Positions 28,205 to 34,715 of a stretch of 34,715 nt of DNA are shown piece by piece (within the stretch, counting starts at the first letter, position 1; every line of letters begins with the position of its first letter). The stretch is taken from positions 1-34,715 of the forward strand of contig JAYZQJ010000284.1 in the NCBI GenBank assembly GCA_036149055.1, given 5' to 3'. The notes below the pieces were generated by a model. It saw nothing but the letters and a program-made list of their open reading frames with translations, was not told where the DNA came from and searched no databases. Position numbers and translations under genes: made by a program. Origin of the DNA: Myxococcota bacterium. GTDB lineage: Bacteria; Myxococcota_A; Polyangia; Polyangiales; Sandaracinaceae.

Positions 28205-30184
28205 ATGAACCGGAACACCCTCGGCCCATACCGCATCGAGAGACGGCTCGCCGCCGGCGGCATGGCGGAGGTGTTCGTGGCCCACCGGGAGGGCCCGCAC
28301 GGGTTCCAGAAGCGCCTCGCGCTCAAGCGCATCCTGCCGCAGCACGCCCGCGACCCCGAGTTCGTCGGCATGTTCATCGACGAGGCCCGCCTCGCGGCCC
28401 GGCTCGCTCACCCCGGCATCGTCCAGGTCTTCGACTTCGGCGAGCACGGCGGCAGCCTCTTCATGGCCATGGAGATGGTGGAGGGGACCACCGTCGGGCG
28501 GCTGCTCCGCACCGTGGCCTCGCACCGTGAGACGGTGCCGCTCGGCCCGGCCCTGCACGTCGCGCACGAGGCGGCGGCCGCGCTCGCCTACGCGCACACC
28601 CTGCGCGACGAGAGCGGTCACCCGCTCCACATCGTGCACCGCGACGTCAGCCCCGCGAACCTGCTGCTCGACCGGCAGGGGCACGCCAAGCTCACCGACT
28701 TCGGCATCGCCCGCTGCCGCACCACCGCGCAGCGCACCGACGACGGCCACATCCGCGGCAAGCTCGGCTACATGTCGCCCGAGCAGGTCGTCGGCGACGA
28801 GGTGGACGCCAAGAGCGACGTCTTCACCCTCGCGGTGGTGCTCGCCGAGATGCTGATCGCCGAGCCGCTCTTCGGCACCGGCGCCGACCTCGACGTGCTC
28901 CTGCAGATCCGCAACGTCGACTTGACGGTGATGAAGCGGGCCGGCGGGCACATCCCGAAGGACGTCACGCGGCTCCTGCACCACTGCCTGGAGCGGGACC
29001 CGGAGAAGCGCCCGACCGCGCGGCAGCTGTCGTTCGCGCTGCGCGAGGTGCTCGCGCGGCGCGGTGAGCTCGGCCGGGGGGCTCAGGAGCTCGCGCGGCT
29101 GATGGAGCGGCTCGAGCTGGTGCCGAAGTCGGAGCACGACGCCGACGCGCAGGAGGCGGGCGCGCGCCCGACCTTCCTGGTCGAGGTGGACGACGAGGCG
29201 TCGGCGCCGAACAACACCAAGGCGCTGCTCGACCGGCTCGCGCTCGACCCGCCGACGACCTACGAGCTGCGGCACCCGAACGGGCGGCGCGAGGGGCCCA
29301 TCCCCTTCAGCGAGATGGTGCGGCGCATCGTCACCGGCGCGCTCGAGCCCGGCACGAAGGTGCGCAAGGACACCGGCGACTTCGAGAGCGCCGGCCGCAT
29401 GCCCGAGCTGCGCCGCTACCTCGGCAGCAAGGCGCTGCAGTGGGGCCCGAGCGGGCCGCCGCGAGGGGCGAGCAAGCGGGGCGTGCTCTACGGCGGCCGG
29501 CTGCTCGGCCAGGCGCACCAGCTCACCTCGCGCCGCGAGACCGGCGTGCTGCATCTCTGGGACGGCGACCGGCAGAAGCGCATCTACTACGTCGACGGCC
29601 GGCCCGACTTCGTGGCCTCCAACGTCGAGGCGGAGCTGCTCGGCGAATATCTGGTCGCGCAGGGCACCATCCTCCGCATGGAGCTCGAGATGGCCCTCGC
29701 GATGCTGCCTCGCTACGACGGCCGGCTCGGCGACGCGCTGGTCGGGCTCGGCATCCTGCGGCCGATGGAGCTCTACCGGGCGGTCGCCGATCAGGTGCGC
29801 AGCCGGTACCTGGAGGCCTTCCGCTGGACCTCGGGGCAGTGGGCGTACGTGCGCGGCGAGGTCTGCGACGAGGAGACCTTCCCGCTGCCGCAGGGCGAGC
29901 ACGAGCTGCTGCGCGACGCCGCGATGCAGACCGACGCGAAGGACGTGAAGGCGGCGCTCACCCCGGTGCAGCGGCGGGTGCTGCGCAAGAACCCGACCCC
30001 GCCGGCGACCCTCGCCAGCTACCGCCTGCCCGGCGAGTGGGAGCGGGTGATCGAGACGGTCGACGGCCGCGCGACCCTGGCCGGGATCATCGCCCGCGAG
30101 TACGCGCAGAGCGGCCTCGACGCCGAGCAGGTCCAGCGCGCGCTCTACCTCGGGCTGAGCGTCGAGCTGATCGAAGCGGCGTAG
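28205..30184 (+). CDS. Ser/Thr protein kinase with C-terminal GYF-like and DUF4388/PATAN-like region
   Basis: AAGGMAEV, LALK, HRDVSPAN, DFG, GKLGYMSPE; 'REGPIPFSEM', 'RETGVLHLWDGDRQKRIYYVDGRP...LLGEYLV...RLGDALV...FRWTSGQW'. Confidence 0.9.
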   Translation: MNRNTLGPYRIERRLAAGGMAEVFVAHREGPHGFQKRLALKRILPQHARDPEFVGMFIDEARLAARLAHPGIVQVFDFGEHGGSLFMAMEMVEGTTVGRLLRTVASHRETVPLGPALHVAHEAAAALAYAHTLRDESGHPLHIVHRDVSPANLLLDRQGHAKLTDFGIARCRTTAQRTDDGHIRGKLGYMSPEQVVGDEVDAKSDVFTLAVVLAEMLIAEPLFGTGADLDVLLQIRNVDLTVMKRAGGHIPKDVTRLLHHCLERDPEKRPTARQLSFALREVLARRGELGRGAQELARLMERLELVPKSEHDADAQEAGARPTFLVEVDDEASAPNNTKALLDRLALDPPTTYELRHPNGRREGPIPFSEMVRRIVTGALEPGTKVRKDTGDFESAGRMPELRRYLGSKALQWGPSGPPRGASKRGVLYGGRLLGQAHQLTSRRETGVLHLWDGDRQKRIYYVDGRPDFVASNVEAELLGEYLVAQGTILRMELEMALAMLPRYDGRLGDALVGLGILRPMELYRAVADQVRSRYLEAFRWTSGQWAYVRGEVCDEETFPLPQGEHELLRDAAMQTDAKDVKAALTPVQRRVLRKNPTPPATLASYRLPGEWERVIETVDGRATLAGIIAREYAQSGLDAEQVQRALYLGLSVELIEAA

Positions 30185-30263
30185 CGTCCCGCCCCCGAGG
30201 CGCGAGGCCACGATCGTGGCCGAATGCCCGCCCGCGTCACGTGACGTCGCGCGGCGCCCGTCG

Positions 30264-30279
30264 TGGCCACGTTCTTGCT
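30264..30279 (+). promoter_or_regulatory. Putative sigma54 (-24/-12) promoter
   Basis: TGGCCACGTTCTTGCT = GG-N10-GC with TTGCT; perfect palindromes upstream at 30206-30221 and 30235-30246. Confidence 0.65.
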
Positions 30280-30312
30280 CACCCCGTGCACGTGGCACGG
30301 GTACACGCCGTC

Positions 30313-31317
30313 ATGATCGGGCTGCTCTTGCTGGCGGGCTGCCAGGGAGGGCCGACCGAGATCGTGGTGATCACCGACAGCGACGCGCCGGTGCCGGAGG
30401 CGCTCGACGCGGTCCGCTTCGAGGTGGTGCAGGGCGGGGTGGTGTGGGCGCGCGAGACGTCGCTCGACCAGACGCCGCTCCCGCTGGTGCTGCCGGTGGT
30501 GCACGAGCGCGGTCCGCTCGGTCCGCTGACGATCCGGGCGATCGGGCTGAAGGACGGCGAGGTGGTGACCGACGCGCGCGCCCGCACCTGGTTCGCGGCC
30601 GGCCGCAGCCTCCAGCTCCGCCTCGATCTCCACGCGGCCTGCTTTGGCCGCTCGCTCGCGTGCGCGCCGGACGAGACCTGCGGCGAGGACGGGTCGTGCC
30701 GCCCGGCGGAGGTCGATCTGCGCCCCGACGCCGGCCCGCCCGAGCCGGACGCGCGGGTCGCCGAGATGGACGCGGGCGCGCCTCCCTCGCGTCGCGACTC
30801 GGGAGTCGATCCCGGGCTCGACGCGGGCGTCGATGCGGGGGGCGACTCCGGCGTCGATTCGGGTGTCGACTCGGGCGTCGACGCGTGGGTCCCGCCGGTG
30901 GACTCGGGGCCGTGCGCCCGGACCCAGTCCTGCCGGGGCTCGTGCGCGTGCGCCGACTGCGGCTGCACCCAGCGCTGCGGCGGTGATCAGGACTGCTCCG
31001 GCTCCTGCGCGGGCGCCGGATCGGTCTGCGCGTTCAGCGCGGACGAGAGCTCGAACGTGGACTACGCCTGCACCGACGGCGCCCGCTGCGAGGTGCGCGC
31101 GGAGGAGGTCTCCAACGTCGAAGACGTGGTCTGCGAGCGGGGCGCCGACTGCGACGTGCGCTGCGACGAGGTCTCGAACTGCTTCGTGCGCTGCCGCTCG
31201 GGCGCGCGCTGCGCGCTGCGCTGCAACGAGACGAGCAACTGCCGCATCGAGGAGTGCGACGGCGAGCTCCGGAGCTGCGGCGGCGGCGTGCGCGTGTGCA
31301 ACCGTCCTTGCCCCTGA
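30313..31317 (+). CDS. Lipoprotein with DAG/DSG linker and Cys-rich repeat C-terminus
   Basis: Lipobox LAG-C; 'PTEIVVITDSD' N-domain; 24 Cys in the last ~135 aa; alternative start GTG 30292. Confidence 0.85.
   Translation: MIGLLLLAGCQGGPTEIVVITDSDAPVPEALDAVRFEVVQGGVVWARETSLDQTPLPLVLPVVHERGPLGPLTIRAIGLKDGEVVTDARARTWFAAGRSLQLRLDLHAACFGRSLACAPDETCGEDGSCRPAEVDLRPDAGPPEPDARVAEMDAGAPPSRRDSGVDPGLDAGVDAGGDSGVDSGVDSGVDAWVPPVDSGPCARTQSCRGSCACADCGCTQRCGGDQDCSGSCAGAGSVCAFSADESSNVDYACTDGARCEVRAEEVSNVEDVVCERGADCDVRCDEVSNCFVRCRSGARCALRCNETSNCRIEECDGELRSCGGGVRVCNRPCP
30796..30891 (+). repeat. Degenerate 12-bp tandem repeat (8 units) encoding D-[SAP]-G-[VLG]
   Basis: gactcgggagtc gatcccgggctc gacgcgggcgtc gatgcggggggc gactccggcgtc gattcgggtgtc gactcgggcgtc gacgcgtgggtc. 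Confidence 0.85.
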
Positions 31318-31367
31318 GCGGCTCAGCGTCCGAGCGGCCAGCCCCTGAGCGGCCCGCCCGTGCGCGA

Positions 31368-31562
31368 TCAGCCCAGCTGATCTTCGGCGGCGGCGAGCTC
31401 GCGGGCCATGGCGGCGGCGGTCTTCGCGGCGCGCTGGGCGATCAGCTCGCGGACGCGCTCGGTCTCGCCGCGCTCGAGGAGCTCCAGGATGCGGCTGGCC
31501 GCGCTCTGGGGCGTGTCGGCGGCGAGCATGCCTCCGACGATCGGGTAGCTCTCGTGATCCAC
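31368..31562 (-). CDS. Small helical hypothetical protein (64 aa) coupled to the DUF4062-GAF gene
   Basis: GTG 4 nt after the upstream TAG; GGAG upstream; GC3-biased codons; fills the gap up to the convergent lipoprotein gene. Confidence 0.65.
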   Translation of the reverse strand: MDHESYPIVGGMLAADTPQSAASRILELLERGETERVRELIAQRAAKTAAAMARELAAAEDQLG

Positions 31563-31566
31563 GGCT

Positions 31567-32751
31567 CTACGCTCCCACGTTCAGGGTCATGGTCAAGATG
31601 TTGACGAGCGTGCCGATCGTCAACACCTCCACCTGATCCGGGCTCCGAAAGTGGTCCAGCCGGGAGCTGGTCACGATGAGCGCGCCCTCGGGCGCGTCGG
31701 TCGGGGTGCGGTAGGAGAAGGGCACGCTGACCGCGCTGACGTAGTGCTGGGCGTCGGTCGCCCGGGCCTCCGAGGGCACCCAGGCCTGGGTGTGGCGGAT
31801 GTCGCCGCTCACCAGGAGCTGGTTCTCCTCCACGCACTTGCCGACGTGGCCCTGGCCCACCTTCCAGGTCCGGCCGTGCACGGGGATCGCCGGGTGCGCC
31901 TCGCGGTGCACCGGCCGGAGGCGATCGCCCTCGAGCACGTAGACCACGAAGTTGTGCTGATCGCGATCGCCGTAGCCGAGCAGGGCGCCGCGGTGAGCCC
32001 GCCAGAGCCGCAGCAGCAGATCGACCGCGTCCTCGCGGCTGCGGGTGCCGCCGCGGATCTGGATCGAGAGGTGAGCGGCGACCGAGGAGATCTGGTGGAT
32101 CGCGTCGGTGCGGAGCCGCTCGCGCTCGGCCGCCTCGCGGGCCGGCCGCACCCGGCTCCGGGCCACCGCGAGGGCCGCGTGCAGCCGCGCGTCCACCCGC
32201 GCGATCGCCGCCGCCGCGCTGCCGTCCCAGTCGGCGTGCATCCAGTTGTCGACGTGGCCCTTGCGCAGGGCGTCGATGAAGCGCTGCACGCCCGGGAGGT
32301 TGTGCCGGTCGGGCTTCCGGTCGGCGAACTCGGGCACCTGCCGCAGGCGCGCGTCGATCTCGACGACCTGCTCGTCGGGGTGGCGCGCGACCAGCTCGCG
32401 GCGGGCCGAGAAGATCTGCCGCGCGAGCGCGTTCGTCTCGTGGTGCACGAGCACGATCGGCAGGAGGCCGGCGTCCATCGCCTCCTCCCACTCGCGCCAG
32501 GTGATCGACTTGTTCTGGCGCTGGTACTCGCCGCCGAAGCGGGACGCGACCAGCAGGACGAAGACGTGGGCCTCGCGCACCGCGCGCAGGCAGGCGTCGT
32601 GCGAGGTGACCCCGGGCTCCACCGGGAAGTCCGGGTCCTCGCTGGTGCGCACCTCGATGCCGCGGGCCTCGAGCGCACCCCGCACCTCGCGCCGGACCGC
32701 GTCGAGGTCCTCGACGGTCGAGCTCAGGAAGACGACGAGCCGCTGGCTCAT
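31567..32751 (-). CDS. DUF4062 (TIR/NDT-like) domain - helical linker - GAF domain protein
   Basis: 'VFLSSTVEDLDAVR...CLRAVREAHVFVLLVASRFG...SITWREWEEA' (DUF4062); 'WKVGQGHVGKCVEENQLLVSGDI...SAVSVPF...GALIVTSSRLDHF' (GAF). Confidence 0.85.
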   Translation of the reverse strand: MSQRLVVFLSSTVEDLDAVRREVRGALEARGIEVRTSEDPDFPVEPGVTSHDACLRAVREAHVFVLLVASRFGGEYQRQNKSITWREWEEAMDAGLLPIVLVHHETNALARQIFSARRELVARHPDEQVVEIDARLRQVPEFADRKPDRHNLPGVQRFIDALRKGHVDNWMHADWDGSAAAAIARVDARLHAALAVARSRVRPAREAAERERLRTDAIHQISSVAAHLSIQIRGGTRSREDAVDLLLRLWRAHRGALLGYGDRDQHNFVVYVLEGDRLRPVHREAHPAIPVHGRTWKVGQGHVGKCVEENQLLVSGDIRHTQAWVPSEARATDAQHYVSAVSVPFSYRTPTDAPEGALIVTSSRLDHFRSPDQVEVLTIGTLVNILTMTLNVGA

Positions 32752-32788
32752 GGCGAAAGCGTTACCACACGTGCGAAGCTCGCCGCGC

Positions 32789-34075
32789 ATGAAGTGGCTG
32801 GCGCTCTCGATCCTCCTGCTCGCCTCTTGCGGCGGCGGACCCCGCGGACGGGTCGCCACCGCGGTGGACGCGGGGGATCTCGAGGGCGCGCTGGCCGCCT
32901 ACGAGGACTACCGCCGCAGCGAGGGCGCCGACGCCGACGTGCTCGGGCGGGTCGCCGAGCTCCTCCTCGAGGAGGAGGCGCGGGCCGAGGACGGCGAGCG
33001 CCGGCGGGCGGCGATCCTGCAGCTCTCCCTCGCCGGGACCGCGGGGGAGCCGGCGCTGATCCGGCTCTCCGAGTCCGAGGGGATCACGCCGGGGCGCCTC
33101 GGGGCGCTCGAGGTGCTGGCCCGCCGGGGCAGCGAGCCGGCCAAGCTCGCGCTGCGGGCGCTCGCCGATCACGACGATCCGGCGGTGCTCGCGTCGGCGA
33201 TCGTCGGCATGGACCCGGCGCTCGATCGCGATCTGCTGCTGCGGCACCTGGAGTCCGAGGACGCGACGGTGCGGCGCGCGGCGGCGCGGGCGCTGTCGGC
33301 CCGGGAGGACGCGGGGGTGCGAGAGGCCCTCGCCGAGCGGGCGCGGGTGGATCCGGACGCGTCGGTGCGCGCGGCGGCGGTCGGCGCGCTCGCGCTCGCG
33401 GGGCCGGCGGCGGTGGACGCGCTCCGGGAGCGGCTCGGCGATCCGACGTCCAGCGTGCGCCTCGCCGCGGTGGGCGCGCTCGCGCGGGCGGACGAGGCGG
33501 CGGCGCGGGAGGCGCTCGGCGCGCTGCTCGAGATGGCGCCGAGCCCGGCCGGCATCGAGGCCGCCCGGGTGCTCGCGCTGCTCGACGGAGAGATCGCGTC
33601 GACGGCGCGCGGGTTCCTCCGTCGGGCCCTCGAGGCGCGCGACGCGGGCCTCCGATCGCAGGCGGGCGTCGCGCTGACGGGCCTGCCCGCCTCCGCCGAC
33701 GCGCCGGTGGACGCGGTGCGCGCGGCGCTCCGGACGGAGGCCGACCCGGAGGTGCGCCTGTCGCTCGCCCGCGCCCTCTGGCGGCGCGAGCGCGCCACCG
33801 CGGCTCCGGTCCTCGAGGGGCTGCTCGCCGACGACGGCATGCCGGGCGTGCAGGCGGCCGCGCTCCTCGCCGGCGAGGCGCACGAGGAGGCGATCGCCCT
33901 GCTCGACCGGGTCGCGCGCGGCGACGGCGTCAGCGTGCTCCGGCGCACGGCGGCCCGGGCGCTCGCGCGGGAGGCGATGCGACCCGACGCGGCGCGCCGC
34001 CACCTCGATGACGACGACCCCCTCGTGCGTATCTACGCCGCCGGTGGCATCCTCGCCGCCGCCGCAGCCAGCTGA
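32789..34075 (+). CDS. HEAT-repeat lipoprotein
   Basis: MKWLALSILLLAS-C lipobox; repeated 'D..VRxAAxxAL' HEAT/PBS-lyase units. Confidence 0.88.
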   Translation: MKWLALSILLLASCGGGPRGRVATAVDAGDLEGALAAYEDYRRSEGADADVLGRVAELLLEEEARAEDGERRRAAILQLSLAGTAGEPALIRLSESEGITPGRLGALEVLARRGSEPAKLALRALADHDDPAVLASAIVGMDPALDRDLLLRHLESEDATVRRAAARALSAREDAGVREALAERARVDPDASVRAAAVGALALAGPAAVDALRERLGDPTSSVRLAAVGALARADEAAAREALGALLEMAPSPAGIEAARVLALLDGEIASTARGFLRRALEARDAGLRSQAGVALTGLPASADAPVDAVRAALRTEADPEVRLSLARALWRRERATAAPVLEGLLADDGMPGVQAAALLAGEAHEEAIALLDRVARGDGVSVLRRTAARALAREAMRPDAARRHLDDDDPLVRIYAAGGILAAAAAS

Positions 34076-34095
34076 ACGACCGGGAGATCTCTTCA

Positions 34096-34569
34096 GTGAA
34101 GTACCGCCACATCCTCGCCGCGACCGACTTCTCCAAGCTCGGGGACCTCGCCCTCTCGCGGGGCGCGCAGCTCGCCGCCGACTCGGGCGCGAAGCTCACC
34201 GCGGTGCACGTCCTGCCCGAGCCGGACGCGCCCAGCCCCCTCTTCGCGCACTACGAGATCGAGCGCGACGACAGCAAGCTCGAGGCCGCCAAGCAGGGCG
34301 CGGCCGCGGCCCTCGCCGAGCGCGTCCCCGCGGCGGTGAAGGAGAGCGGCATCGACATCGAGTACAAGGTCGTGCTCGGCGATCCGGCGACCGAGATCCT
34401 GACCCTCGACGTCCGGCTCGACACCGACCTCATCGTGCTCGCGACCCACGGCCGCCGCGGATGGCAGCGCTGGATCATGGGGAGCGTGGCCGAGCGCGTC
34501 GTGCAGATGGCCACCGCCGACGTGCTCGCCGTCCGCGAGCGCGACCCCGTCGACCTGTCCGGTCTCTGA
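34096..34569 (+). CDS. Universal stress protein (UspA family)
   Basis: HILAATDFS, GDPATEI, DLIVLATHGRRGWQRWIMGSVAERVV. Confidence 0.95.
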   Translation: MKYRHILAATDFSKLGDLALSRGAQLAADSGAKLTAVHVLPEPDAPSPLFAHYEIERDDSKLEAAKQGAAAALAERVPAAVKESGIDIEYKVVLGDPATEILTLDVRLDTDLIVLATHGRRGWQRWIMGSVAERVVQMATADVLAVRERDPVDLSGL

Positions 34570-34576
34570 GCTTTCT

Positions 34577-34705
34577 GGAGGGTTTGGTGCAAACCCTCCC
34601 CCCATTGGGCAAAGCGCCAATGGGGCCCCCCTCCCGACTCCGCCGGCGCCTCGCGCTGCGCGCTCGCGCCGCGACCCCAGCGACGGGGCGCTGGGGGCCC
34701 CGCGG
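34577..34705. repeat. Cluster of tandem hairpins (REP/MITE-like or structured RNA), possibly cut by the window edge
   Basis: GGAGGGTTTG-gtg-CAAACCCTCC (34577-34599); CCCCATTGG..CCAATGGGG (34600-34625); CCCCAGCG-acgggg-CGCTGGGG (34675-34696) flanked by CCGCG/CGCGG. Confidence 0.5.
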
Positions 34706-34715
34706 CTCGCGCTCG

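Noticed and set aside
30796..30891. CRISPR-like repeats
   Set aside because: 12-bp degenerate in-frame coding repeats with no spacers and no cas genes.

Overview
Very GC-rich chromosomal window whose gene content (MXAN_5187-like protein, three Hanks-type Ser/Thr kinases, DAG/DSG-linker lipoprotein, sigma54 activator) points to a myxobacterium, probably Polyangiales/Sandaracinaceae-like (inference). Most long ORFs in the supplied track are GC-rich shadow frames; about 29 real CDSs and one tRNA are supported. (1) 1-3411, minus strand: partial MXAN_5187-like membrane protein, a secreted cupredoxin/carboxypeptidase-regulatory-like protein and a DAGK-family lipid kinase. (2) 3571-12301: translationally coupled cbb3 oxidase operon ccoI-ccoS-ccoNO(fused)-ccoQ-ccoP-ccoG-[His kinase]-DsbD_2/TauE, preceded by a sigma54 -24/-12 promoter and a perfect 17-bp inverted pair of palindromic enhancer-like sites. 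It is followed by an NtrC-type activator and a divergent FixL-like heme-PAS kinase, suggesting an O2-sensing FixL-like -> NtrC/sigma54 circuit in place of FixJ/FixK/FNR. (3) A STK-STAND-TPR kinase, then a patchwork of short accessory genes (TPR protein, lipoprotein, SRPBCC, Zn-ribbon, orphan Imm58-like, GrpB) downstream of tRNA-Leu(CAA). (4) ppx, two divergent STKs, a sigma54-driven Cys-rich lipoprotein, a DUF4062(TIR-like)-GAF fusion with a coupled 64-aa partner, a HEAT-repeat lipoprotein, a USP and a multi-hairpin element at the right edge. Many genes have a TANNNT box 6-9 nt before the start codon, suggesting leaderless transcripts. No CRISPR, integrase or transposase was seen. All family calls come from motif recognition, not database searches.
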